A program made the translations under genes and the position numbers. From Mobula birostris (Eukaryota): DNA of 64,000 nucleotides. Numbering within the stretch: position 1 is the first letter of the stretch; each line of letters starts with the position of its first letter. Shown piece after piece: positions 1 through 12,419 of this stretch. The notes under the pieces were generated by a model. It was not told where the DNA came from, made no database searches, and was given only the letters and a program-made list of their open reading frames with translations. The stretch is taken from NCBI RefSeq assembly GCF_030028105.1, contig NC_092401.1:7598984-7662983 (forward strand), given 5' to 3'.

Positions 1-1130
1 GCCATGTCCTTGCTCCCCATAATCAATTCACCTGTTTCTGTCTGCAGGGGACCTACATTTGTCTTTACCAGTCTTTTCCTTTTTACATATCTATAAAAGC
101 TTTTACAGTCCGTTTTTATGTTGCCTGCCAGTTTTCTCTCATAATCTTTTTTCCCCTTCCTAATTAAGCCCTTTGTCCTCCTCTGCTGAACTCTGAATTT
201 CTCCCAGTCCTCAGGTGAGCCACTTTCTCTGGCTAATTTGTATGCTTCTTCTTTGGAATTGATACTATCCCTAATTTCTCTTGTCAGCCACGGGTGCACT
301 ACCTTCCTTGATTTATTCTTTTGCCAAACTGGGATGAACATTTGGTGCAGTTCATCCATGCAACCTTTAAATGCTTGCCATTGCATATCCACCGTCAATC
401 CTTTAAGTGTCATTTGCCAGTCTATCTTAGCTAATTCACGTCTCATACCTTCAAAGTTACCCCTCTTTAAGTTCAGAACCTTTGTTTCTGAATTAACTGT
501 GTCACTCTCCATCTTAATGAAGAATTCCACCATATTATGGTCACTCTTACCCAAGGGGCCTCTCACAACAAGATTGCTAATTAACCCTTCCTCATTGCTC
601 AAAACCCAGTCCAGAATAGCCTGCTCTCTAGTCGGTTCCTCGACATGTTGGTTCAAAAAACCATCCCGCATACATTCCAAGAAATCCTCTTCCTCAGCAC
701 CTTTACCAATTTGGTTCACCCAATCTACATGTAGATTGAAGTCACCCATTATAACTGCTGTTCCTTTATTGCACACATTTCTAATTTCCTGTTTAATACC
801 ATCTCCGACCTCACTACTACTGTTAGGTGGCCTGTACACAACTCCCACCAGCGTCTTCTGCCCCTTAGTGTTACGCAGCTCTACCCATATCGATTCCACA
901 TCTTCCCGGCTTATGTCCTTCCTTTCTATTGTGTTAATCTCTTCTTTAACCAGCAACACCACCCCACCTCCCCTTCCTTCATGTCTATCCCTCCTGAATA
1001 TTGAATATCCCTGAACGTTGAGCTCCCATCCCTGGTCACCCTGGAGCCATGTCTCTGTGATCCCAACTATATCATAATCATTAATAACAATCTGCACTTT
1101 CAATTCATCCACCTTATTATGAATGCTCCT
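1..1130 (-). mobile_element. CR1 LINE ORF2 fragment (AP endonuclease region)
   Basis: The reverse complement resembles the 12460-13560 CR1 ORF2 region. The + strand ORF 238-1014 is its antisense shadow. Confidence 0.85.
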
Positions 1131-1701
1131 TGCATTGACACACAAAGCCTTCAGGCGCTCTTTTACAACTCTCTTAGTCCCGAATCAGAAAGATCAGGTA
1201 CAGGCCGAACTGAGGAGGCAGGGTCCAGGCCCCAGAGTGTACCCAAGAGATCAAACCTAATGTTTGGACAAAGATTTAGGTGTGGGGCCAGATTGAAGTG
1301 ATCGGGGTGTCGGGACCCGAGGCGAGGGTCAGGCCGGTTCAGCTCGCTACTGGCGAGGTTTACTCATCTCTGTGCTGAAACAAGGGTCTGTGGATGGACT
1401 CTGTGGACTTCAGTTCAGACTGCTAATTGCTTGCATGTATACACACTTTGATAATGAATGAAATTTGAGCTTTTGAGTGTCATAGCCCACTATTCACTGA
1501 AAGCTTGAACCTCACACTTGGCCGTTGATAATTCCTGTAGTTCTATGCTTTCTTCAACACGTATCCAGAATTCTTATTTAAACATTTCTGTTTAAAGAAT
1601 CATTGATATATACCACAAAGACAAAAAAAAAAAATGAAAATAACTAGCAACAGATAACCCCACTCATCACTACCCGGTGGTACCAGTGTGATGTCACTCA
1701 C

Positions 1702-1983
1702 CATGGACAGTGAGAGTGGTGGACTGTCGTTTAACAATGGCGTTGGAGTGATGTTGAAGTGTCAGCTCGGCCTCGCAGGTGAACTGCTGTCCATTCAACT
1801 CTGCTCGTGGATTCACAGTGTGGTAGATAGTCAGCCCAGTACTGGCTGACCTGTTCACTAATATCTCACTTCCCTTCTTCAGTCTGAGTTGAAGTTCCCC
1901 TGAGACGTTAAACACACTGCAGATAATAATCACCGGAATACCCTCAGTGGTGATCGGAATGTGGATTTGAGGGTTGGAGAAAG
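1702..1983 (-). CDS. Gene A exon 5, Ig domain 4 (TM exon expected left of the window)
   Basis: Acceptor ttgttacag|CT, donor CATG|gtgagt, 282 nt. Contains ICSVFNVSG...NGQQFTCEAEL and is about 90% identical in amino acids to gene B exon 5. Confidence 0.88.
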
Positions 1984-2514
1984 CTGTAACAACAGAAAAC
2001 ATTGCTAGAAACTTTCTCAAAGCAAGTCCTGCGTTCCCTCTGCCTGACTGGACTAATGTAGCTAAAGCATCTGTACGGTCAGTCTGGAACATCACATCCA
2101 CTCGTCTGTGTGTCATGTGGCTGGATAATTATCAAAATCCCCACACAATTCCCAATATCACAGCCAACATTTATCCCTGACCCAGAACACTGGATTTCTG
2201 CAAATTTTAAAATATTTTTCAGTTGTCTCACTGCAAATTGCTTCTTTATTTCTTTGTGAGCTGTTTGTTTCTTCATTTTGATTGTTCAGTTTCAGCTTTA
2301 ACTACATAGGAAATTCTGACTGATTTACTTCCTGGCGTAGTGGTAGTTAATAGTCTTATTTCTCTGCCACTCAGTCAGCCACTCCCATGTGGGAGGAGTT
2401 CACATACTCCACAAGCAGAAGTTATCAATCACGTTCAGTTGAGTTTCCTGCATGCTGGTGTCCAACTTCATCTTTCACTACACGGAAAATTCTGACTGAT
2501 TTACAGTTCTTACT

Positions 2515-4885
2515 GGGAACACACACAACATTCAGGAACTCAGCAGGTCAGGCAGCATCTATGGAGAGGGTCAAGACCCCTCATCAAGACTGGTGAGGAA
2601 ATGGGGGAAAAATCAGAACAAGGTAGAGGGAGTCCAAGCTGGAAGGTGATAGATGAAGCCAAGTGAGAAGTTAGGTGGGGATAAGGCAAGAATCTGGAAC
2701 ATGATAGGTGGAAAATGTTAAGGGTTGAAGGAGGAATCTGGTAGGAGTGGAAAGTGGAAAAAGGGGAAGGAAGAAGGGTGTATACAGGGAAGTGATTGGC
2801 AAGTGAGGAAGAGAAAGTGTATGAGGTGGATCCAGAAGGGGAAATAGAAAAGGGGAGGGGAAACAAATTACTCGAAGTTGGAGATATCGATGATCATGCC
2901 ATCAGGTTGGAGACCACCCGAATGGACTATAAGGAGTTGCTTCTCCAACCCGAGTGTGGCCTTGTAGGAGAATCTGGAAGTTGGACTATCAAGCCAAAAA
3001 CATGCCTTCTTGCAGTGACAGCACCATGCAATGATCCTCCCTTCCTTTTCCAGTTTATGGGAGGGTTATGCTGGGACAGCCAATGGTGCCAGATGATTGG
3101 GAATAATGTGAGGAAACTCAATGATACAGAAACTAGTGTCCTCTGCATGATCCTCTAACCTCATCCGCAAGACCAATGTTGGCTATCAATAGGCTTCAAT
3201 AGGTACATTTAGTGTCAGAGAAGGGTATACTGTACAATAAATTCTTTTTCTTTGCAAACATCACAAGATGCTGCTTCTATGGAAAAGAGTAAACAGTCGA
3301 TCTCTTAGGCTGAGACTCTTCATCAGGACTGAAGAAAAGAAGATGAGAAGTCAGAGTAAGAAGGTGTGGGAGGGGAAGAATACAAGGTAGTGGGTGATAG
3401 GTGTGTCACGAACCCCGTGACGGGAATGAAGAACCAGCAGAGATGGAAAACACTTTGGAGTCCAGTATTGCTATTAACTAATAATATTTATTAGTAACTA
3501 CGCAATACAGTAAACTAAGTGAAGATAAATTAATCAGGTCAGCAACGATTATATCTGAATAAGTATATCAGTAAGTGAGGAAATATATGTATTTGAAAAA
3601 CCAAGCTTCTTTAAGTCTAGGGGTAAAAAGATACAGTCTTACGATGTTGATTAATGTTAGTTTGTGGTATTTAGTTGAAGATCGATGGGGGGGGAGAAGA
3701 GGGGGGGGGAGGACACACACACGGGGACACACACACACACACACACCCAGTATATGACCCCAACAGACTGGCAGGTGATGTGTTGCCTCACCTGGTAGGA
3801 CTGTTTGATGCCCTGAATGGTAGTGAGGTAGGCAGTGTAGGGGCATGTGGAGATGTGGAGAACTTGTTGCCTTGTTCCGCTTGCAAGAATAAGTGCCAGG
3901 AGGGAGATCAGTGGTGGTGGTGGGGGGGGGGGGGGTGGACGAATGGACAAGGGAGTCATGTAGGGAGCGGTACCCGTGGAAAGCAGAAAGCATGTGGGGG
4001 GGGGGCGGATCCTGTTGGAAATGGCAGATGTTACAGAGAATTATGTGCTGAACATGAAGGCTTGTGGGGTGGTAGGTGACAACTAGAGGAACCCTATCCC
4101 TGGTGGGGTGGCAGGAAGGTGGCGCGAGGGCAGAGATATGTGAAATGGAATAGATGTGGGCGAGGGCAGCGTTGATGGTGGAGGAAGAGAAGCCCCTTTC
4201 TTTGAAGGGAGACACCCCTTCGAGTGGGATGAAAAGCCTCATCCTGAGAGCAGATGCCATGGAACTGAGAGAAGGGGATGATATTTTTTCCAAGGGACAG
4301 GATGGGAAGAAGTCTTGTCCATGTAGCTGTGAGAATCAATGGATTAAAAGACATTAGTAGATAAGCAGTCTCCAAAGATAGAGACAGATTGAGAAATGGG
4401 AGGGAGATGTTGGAAATGGACCAGGTAAATTTGAGGGCAGGGTGGAAGTTGGAGGCAAAGTTGATAAAGTTGACGAGCTCGACAGGGGCGCAGGAAGCAG
4501 CAGCAATGCTGTCATCGATGGAGCGTAGGAAAGGTGGGAGAGTGATACCAGTGCAGGCTTGGAACATAGACTGTTCCACGTAGCCGACAAAAAGGGAGGC
4601 ATAGCAGGGACCCATGCCAGTGCCCATGGCTACACCTTTGGTTTGAAGGCGCAGAAGGGGAAATTATTGAGAGCGAGGACCGGAGCTGCCAGACGGAGGA
4701 AGAGTGGTGGTGGAGGGGAACTGGTTGGGTCTGGTGTTCAGAAAGAAATGGAGAGGCTTTCCTGGTTGGGAGGTGGGGGGAATGGAAGTGTATAGGGACT
4801 GGATATCCATAGTGAAAATAAGATGATTGGGACCAGGAAATTTGAACTCATTGAAAAGATCCAGAGCGTGTGAAGTGTCATGGAA
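2515..4885 (-). mobile_element. Degraded, interrupted Penelope-like element (RT, GIY-YIG-adjacent region and terminal repeats)
   Basis: ORF fragments MGTGMGPCYASLFVGYVE..RSIDD..NFHPALKFTWSIS, IFTMDIQSLYTSIP, RVPLVVTYHP and QVRQHITCQSVGVIY. Terminal-repeat pieces lie at about 2520-2590 and 3270-3330. Confidence 0.8.
3404..3680. mobile_element. Possible LTR fragment inserted among the Penelope pieces
   Basis: Begins TGTCAC and interrupts Penelope-like sequence. The other end could not be resolved. Confidence 0.35.
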
Positions 4886-5990
4886 GTCTGCTGCCGGATC
4901 TGCCCGGAACCAAACGGAAGGCCATCCAGGACAATAGCAGGCAGGGGCTGTGTCACGGTGGGGTGCTGGGAACAGACCCAAATGTGAGACACAGACTCTG
5001 AAGTACAAGGAACAGGACTTGACTGGAGTAGAGACATGACAGGATACAGACAAGGAACAGGGACAAGAACGCAGACTTGGGTTAGGGAAAGCGGGACCAG
5101 GACTAGGAACCATGGACTAGGAGACAAGGCTTGGACTCCGAGCCCAAGACTGGACAAGGACCCAGAACCTGGGTCTTGCCTCGGGCTCAGACCCCAGAAC
5201 CAGGCAAGGACATGACGTGGCTCAAGGACGGGATGTGGCTGGGGTCTAGAGGCCTGAGCTTGGAGACAGGCTGGGGGCTTGGGCTCTTGGAGCTTGGCTG
5301 TGGGATCCTCGGGGCTTGGGCTCTTGGAGCTTGGCTGCGGGATCTTCGTCTTGAAATGCGGAGGCTGATAACTCAGAGGCTGGAGCTGAGACCCCGACTG
5401 GGAACTAAACATCAACGTAGAGCCAGGACTTATCCTTCGACAAGCCGGGACTCATCTTTAACACGACACTAACATGAGCCAGGACTTATCCTAAGACAAG
5501 CCAGGACCCAAATTCATCTCCACACCAAGATGGGACAGGTCCCTCCATCAGGTAATGGTAGAACAGCCAGACTTACCCAACAGAGGCAAGGACAAGACAA
5601 GACAGATACCCCCCCCCCCCCTCCACCCACAGGGCAAGAGCAAAACAGCCTGACTTACCCTAGAGGCAGGGACAAGAAGAGACAAACACCAAAGAACAAC
5701 AGACAGTTCCATCTCTGCTCCGGGGAAGCTCCGAGTCTCAGTTCGGCCAGCAACCTCAGCTGGCTGCGGAAACAGCCAGATCCCTACCTAGCTTGGGGTG
5801 GCTGGCAGCCACTCAGCTCGCCCGGGAAACAGCCGAATCCATACCGCAAAGACCACGCCAACGAGTGGCAACAAGGCTCCATGAGGCAGTGGTCCTCCAA
5901 CCAGGCCTAGAGATCACAAATGGTTTGACTAGCCTTCCACCAGCAGGTTGCTCCAAGGGGGACTGACAAGACAAACCAGCAGCCCGCACT

Positions 5991-6105
5991 GTCTGTCTGC
6001 CTGTGTCTTGTTTTACGGCGGTTGGCACCCAGCTTAATGGTGCATTACCGCCACCTTCTGCTCCAGAGTGTGCAATAGACGTACATTCTAAATCCCTTCA
6101 CCCAA

Positions 6106-6147
<42 letters not shown>

Positions 6148-9100
6148 ACCCCCTAACCTATACTTCATCCTCCCATCTTTGGCCATCCTAGTTCCCTATT
6201 CCTGTTTATCAGTCATATCATATAAAAAACCCCTGTACCCCTTAAGCAAGTTAAAAATACCCTAACCTGTGCTCTCTCACCCATGCCCAGCAACCCTTTT
6301 AATGTGAATTCCTGCACCCCCAATTCCCTTAGTTTAATTCTCATCATCTCTCTCTGTATCCCATACTTGCTGCAACTCAGAACTACATGTTCTACTGACT
6401 CCTCTTCCTGACATTCCTCACACAATCCTGTGTTTCCCTATCATTTTCAATGTTTTGTTTAATGCACAGTGTCCCAGCCTTAACCTAGTCCACACAGTTT
6501 CCTCTCTTCTGTTTCCACTAACTACCCTAGTATCTGCAACACATTTTTTGTATTTGATATAAATGCCTCCCTTCCCCCTCCCTGTCCCATCTTTCTTGCC
6601 ACATTTGGTTGACTTTTTCCCAGATTACACACTTAACCTCTGCTTTACTGATACTAATGTGCATTTCTATGTTTTCTTTCTTTAACACCCTCTTTGCCAA
6701 CTCATCCACCCTCTCATTCCCCTTCACCCCTACATGTGCTGGAGCCCATAGAAATTTTACCTGACCTCCCTGATTTGCAATGCTTGCAACTAACTGAAGG
6801 ATTTCATAAAGTACAGGTTGCCGACTGTTTGTGTGAAAAGACCTTAAACTTGCTAGAACTGAGGATGAATCTGAGCATATCAATGCTTTGACTTGTCTGG
6901 CTTTCTGCACCCATCACAATGCAACCAACACTGCCAGCATCTCCACTGTAAACACCCCTAACTTAATAGATGTTCTTCTGCTGATTCTAATTTCTTTTGC
7001 TGGTATAGCCACCCCAAACCCTGTCACTCCTGTTTCAGGTTCCTTCGCACCATCCGTATAAATGTGAGTATAATCACTATACGTTTCCATCACATGACAG
7101 TTAAATGCATTTACCAAATCAGTTTTAGATCTTCCTTTCCTTTTTACCTCTAACAAATGCCAGTCTATGTCGGGCCATACAAGCTTCCATGGAGCTACAA
7201 CCGGATAAACTACTGAAGGACTTAGCCTTAGATCAAACACTCCACATTCTTTAGCAATGTCATTCCCTACCAGACTAAAGGTATCCCTCTGAAACCTCCC
7301 ATTTTCCCAGCACTCCTGCAACACTCCTTTAGCAGGATGAGAATCATTGTGCCCCTGCAAGTTAGCCCAGTAGTTTGCCATCAGTTGCAAACTTCTTAGT
7401 TCCAAAGGCATTATTCCCATTTCTACCTGTAGGGCTGACACTGGTGACATTTTAAAAGCCCCATTGCACACTCTCAAAGCCTGAGCCTGAATCACATCCA
7501 CTTTCCCTTTTTTACATTTCTCCTCAACTTTCCTGATATGGTCTGCCCATGTTAATCGTGAATCAAATATAACTCCCAGAAATTAAAATGATTCAACCCT
7601 TTCTAATTCAATCTCATACATCCTTAACTTCTTCCCTACCTCAATTCTTTTCCTGGTAAAAAATACAATTTGAGTTTTTTCTACTGAAAATCCACATCCC
7701 CAATCATAACCCCACTCCACCACTTTATCAATTGCTTCTTGTAGTTTCCTGATTATATGCTCCATGTTCCTGCCTCTTTTCCACAAGGCCCCATCATCCG
7801 CAAACAGTGACCTACCTATATCCACTGGTACCTTTGTGAAGACATCATTGATCATAATGATGAAAAGTAACGGGCTAATCACACTACCTTGAGGTGTGCC
7901 ATTTCCCACTATGTACTGTTTTGATAATTCTGATCCAATCCGAGCTTGAATTTTTCTACCAAACAAAAAATCTTTAATCCAATTGAAAACTCTCCCACCA
8001 ACCCCCATCTTGTGCAGTTTAATTAATAATCCTTCCTTCCACATCATACCATAGGCTTTTTCAATGTCAAAAAACACTGCAACTACCTTATTTATTACTT
8101 TATTTGCCTGGGCCTTCCTTATTTCAGTCTCTAACCTTATAACTGAGTCCATGGAATTCCTTGCCTTTCTAAAACCACTCTGATAACTTGCCAGCATTCC
8201 CCTCTTCTCAAGTTCATACAACAACCTTTCTGTTATCATCCTTTCCATTATCTTACATATATTTGATGTTAACGCTATTGGTCTGTAGCTAGTGGGTTTT
8301 GATGGATCCTTGCCAGGTTTCCTTACTGGAATTACTACTGCTTCTTTCCATGCACTTGGTAATCTTCCCTCCTCCCACACTGTTATAAAAATGCAGCAAC
8401 TTCAAGAGCGCTCCTTCTCCTAGATTTTTTAGCATCATAGAGAATATCAGATCTTTCCCTGGGGAGGTTGGTCTCGATCTCTTTATTGCTCTCAGCATTT
8501 CTGCTAACGTAAATGGATCATCAATTATATCATCTGTTCCTTCCCTCCTGTTTAACACACCTGGGTGTTGACTCATTGTTCTTTCCCTTCTCCTTCTCCA
8601 GACAAATTTTCTGAACTGTGTATCTGTACAAATGACTTGGCCATGATCTCAGCCTTATCCCTACTGGAGAGTGTCGTTTCCTCCTCAGATATCATTACTG
8701 GATATTCCCATTCCCTTCTATCTCCTCCCATCCTCTTAATCATTCCCCATACCTCTCCCACAGGTGTTGTTCTTCCTATTTTGTTGCAAAAGCTCCTCCA
8801 ACTTGCCCTTTTAGCTTGACGTATAGTTCTTCTCACCACTGCCTGTGCTTTCTTATATTGATATTTATATTAAATGCTGCATATTATGGGTTCTTTTAAC
8901 CAACCTGAATGCTCTATTTCTGTTTTTTACAGCCTGACAACATTCCTCTGTCCGCTGTGGTACCAGTTTTCTATTCATCCTATTTTTACTCCTGGGTATA
9001 GATCCTTCTGCTGCCATAATGATTGCTGAAGTCACCTGGCTGTTTTATTCATCTATATTTCCAGAAATATCAATCTTTGTCAATGCTTCTTCACTCAACT

Positions 9101-11144
9101 TCTGGAACTTACCCCAGTCTGCTTTTCCAAACACCCACTTTGGGATTCCACCATCTCATCTTAATTCAACTCTTTCACCCACTGAACGTAAAACTGGGTA
9201 GTGTTCACTGCCTACTGTTGAAGCAGTTCAAACTCCCCAGTTACTAACGGCAGCCAACGTATTAGACACTAACGTAATATCTAATACTGACTCAGTTCCT
9301 GTTGTTATGTCTATCCTTGTACCTCTACCATCATTCATACACACCAAATCCCTTTCTTCCATCAAATCTTCAATTACCTTTCCATTTGGATCTGTAATCT
9401 GATCCCCCCATATTGTGCTATGAGCATTGAAATCTGCACACCACACTGCTTTATGGCTGTTTTGTCCTTGTATCCTTAATAGGCTGTCCAAATCCAACCT
9501 TTTACATGGATTGTAGTAGTTAATTATAACCACTCCCTCCCCTCTCTCCCACACTTCCACCACTATGTATTCCTGATCATTTCCTTTTTCCAGTACCGTA
9601 TATGGTATACCTTGCTTGATTAACATAGCACAACCCCCTCCTCCCCCTAGATTTCTATCTTTCCTTATCATTGTATACCCATATATCACAAAGTCTAAAG
9701 TTGGTTTCAACTAAGTTTCCTGAATACACACTACAACCATTTCTTTAATAAAGTGCTTGAATTCCTGGCTATTGACCAGTAAGCTCCTTGCATTCCATTG
9801 TAAAAGAATCACCATAATTAGTATTTACCAACTCATGACACTTCCTGGCTTGACTGATTACTGAGGTTCTCCCTCACTTCCTCCCATGTCAGTCCTATTA
9901 ACCGTAAATGGTTTACTGCTGCTTTTACCACCAGCTGAATTTTGTCACTTTTTGACTTTACCTCAGCAGTACTATTAATCACTCCTGCAATGAATGTTAC
10001 TAGAGCCTTTTTGTCTACATAAATCCTGTCATTCGTTCTTTGTTGCATCTCTCGTATCCCTATTACTCCCTGTTCATTAGGAGCATTATTCTGTTCTCTT
10101 GACATTCTTACAGCTTCTGCATAAGTGATTTTTTTTTCCACTCTTATTTCTTGAATTTTATTCTCCCGTCTCATAACCTCACACCCACCATATGCCACAT
10201 TATGAGCTCCTCCACAATTGCAGCATTTTGGTTGCACTCCTGTTCCGCACTTTCCATATTCATGATTATACCCACATCTAGCACATCTCCTCTGCGTTTT
10301 ACAGTTTTTAGCTATGCATCCAAACCTTTGACAATTATAGCACCTCAGTGGCCTTGGCACATACACCCTTACTGAGTAACTCATGAAACCCAGGAACACC
10401 TTCCTTGCCACTCCTTCTTCAAATTCAATCAATACTGATTCACTTTCCTTTTTCACTCCCTCCTTTGTTGTTTTCAGTCTTTGAACATTCATTACTTTCC
10501 CTTCTTTGATATTCCTCTTTAACTCCTCCATATTTATACTCATTGGTACCCCCGTGATCACTCCTTTACAACCACTATTTTGTGCTCCCACCCTCCCTGT
10601 GTAATCCACCTTGCATTTTCCTATCTCTTTTAGCTTGAGTGCTTTCTCAAGTTATTCCTCATTCACACATCTTACCAATAAGTTGCCATCATTAAGGACT
10701 TTTGCAAATACTATTTCCCCTATCTTATTTGTCAGAGTTCTTGTTAGTACAAACAGGTTAATTTTCTTCATATGTTCCTGAGCCTTCTCATTAAACCTAA
10801 TTATGACAACACCTACTCTGTGAACTTGTTCATCTTCCTCACTTTCAGAGCTCTCTCCACTGTCATTTCTTATTCTTTTATTCCCTTTGTCTCAGTTTTC
10901 ATTCATCCATCCCCTCACTATCTCATTCCCTTTATTTCTCCCTTCAAAATAATCCATCTCTCCCCAGCTGCCGACTTCTGATCCCAAATTCCTACGCCAC
11001 TACTTCTCCACTTTGTTTCCCTCAACCCCTGCCATCTTGTCCACCATTACCAGACCCACACAACCCCCTCCCAGCAATTCCCATTCCTTCCCCACTCTCT
11101 TTCCCTCAACAAGTTCCAAACCACATTCACACATCAATTCCCAG
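5991..11144 (-). mobile_element. I/Nimb-clade LINE, near full length and frameshifted: ORF1 with CCHC knuckles, APE, RT, RNase H and a C-terminal CCHC
   Basis: ORFs 9833-10609 (CYNCQRFG..C), 9228-9710 (DFNAHS), 7583-8839 (GTPQGSVISP, LFADD), 6527-7501 (YTDGAK, CSDS, WAPAHVGVKGNERVD) and 6213-6425 (CEEC..EHVVLSC). A roughly 15-bp TSD reads ccagcagcccgcact / ccagcaacccacact. Confidence 0.9.
6106..6149 (+). repeat. Compound (CT)n(CA)n microsatellite in the Nimb 3' UTR
   Basis: Read directly from the sequence. Confidence 0.95.
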
Positions 11145-11310
11145 CCAGCAACCCACACTCAACCCCAAGGCTACTTATATTGCAAGCCCAAAGATGGGAA
11201 GCAGGTGTCTATGATTAACTCAAACAAGGGACAGCTGGAAGACCTGGAGTCCTGAGTCCACGGACCGGACAGTGAACCGGAATGCGGACTGCATGGACTG
11301 GACCATGACA

Positions 11311-12396
11311 GGCTGGCTCAACTCCTGCAGCGGTATGTTGAGGTTACGGGCAGTCCCCAAATCCAGGAAATTACCAGCTGCCCTTGGGTCCAAACAAAGA
11401 ATTCTCCTTTTGTGGATTCTTTCCCCAGGAGATCTCTGCCTTCAGCATGACACCGAAACCTGTGGGGTTGGGAGTGGTGACTGCAACCATCACAGTCCAC
11501 CTGACACTGAACTTCGGACATTCGGCCCGCAGGTGACCTGCTTCCCCGCAGTAATATCAGCGACCCCAACTCTAACGCAGGAACCTCTCATCGATGGAGG
11601 GTCTGGCGTGCCCGGTTTGCATGGGTTGACAGGATCCGAAACAGGAGATGGGCTAGTCATTGTCAGAGGTCGTGACGTGGAACTGTGACACATTGAGGCC
11701 AGGCTCGGATTAGCCCTCTCCGACCTTTTGAGGTAGTCCTACTCTCGCTCTGGCAAGCGATTATCAAGGCGATGGACTGATCAATCAGAGCCTCCAAGTC
11801 CTCTACCAGCTTCCCCAAGCCAAGGGTATCATTTAATTTGCTTGGGCGGCTGTGGTGGTAGAGAGTGACCAAGACCACTCTTGGACCAAAGTCCGAAACT
11901 CAGTGACGTAGTCGGCTGCTGACCAACTACCCTGACACACCTTCATCAGACGGTCCGATCTCTGTTTGCTTCAGCAGGATGATGGAACGCCCTCCTCATG
12001 GCACCCATGATTTTCTCCAGATCGGAGCAAATCTCCGACCCTCGCACCCAATGCGCGGTGGCTCAGGTGAGGGCTCTCCCAGTCAGGACAGAGGTCATTA
12101 AGGCCATCTTTCTGCTCTCCAAAGAGTAGTGGGACGGCTGGCAGTTGAACACCAATGAATATTGAGTAAAGAAGCCACGGCAAGAGACCAGGTCATTACT
12201 GAATCTCTCTGGGGCCGGAAGTTGTACTGGTACCGCAGAGCAACCCATAGCCTCACCTGAATGACTCTGGAGTTCTCCCTTTGATAGTTAGCACATGACA
12301 ACCTGGAGGTGGTGTATCTCCAGGCTCTGTCTTGACATCTTCTTGCTGTGGCTGGCCACAGCTGACAAAAAGGCTCCAATACCCCACTGGATCCAT
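11311..12396 (-). mobile_element. Ty3/Gypsy (PEG10/sushi-like) gag remnant, continuing into protease-like sequence at about 4885-4945
   Basis: Starts MDPV. Contains PERFSNDLVSCRGFFTQYSLVFNCQPSHY..MTSVLTGRAL and EPMQTGHAR. IVLDGLPFGSGQIRQQT lies on the far side of the LTR insertion. Confidence 0.75.
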
Positions 12397-12419
12397 GTTA
12401 TAGGAAACATGAAATAGGA

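Larger units (their letters stand above)
4951..11310. mobile_element. Solo-LTR-like element (TGTCA...TGACA) split in two by a Nimb LINE
   Basis: A perfect 5-bp TSD, GGCTG, lies at 4946-4950 and 11311-11315. The two halves (4951-5990 and 11145-11310) match the reverse complement of the 53012-54546 element. Confidence 0.85.

Noticed and set aside
238-1014. 258-aa + strand ORF, and similar ORFs such as 13265-13684, 14590-15282, 38693-39553 and 60965-61363
   Set aside because: These are antisense shadows of CR1 ORF2, not independent genes.
1694-1701. Read-through stop after exon 5 (..TVHGE*) giving a soluble isoform, in both paralogs
   Set aside because: GTGAGTGA is simply a consensus donor, and I found no clear AATAAA nearby. 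It is not supported without RNA data.
5131-5910. Low-complexity ORFs in the LTR-like elements (also 29677-30501 and 53691-54252)
   Set aside because: They arise from GC-rich internal tandem repeats, are open in several frames and show no domain similarity.
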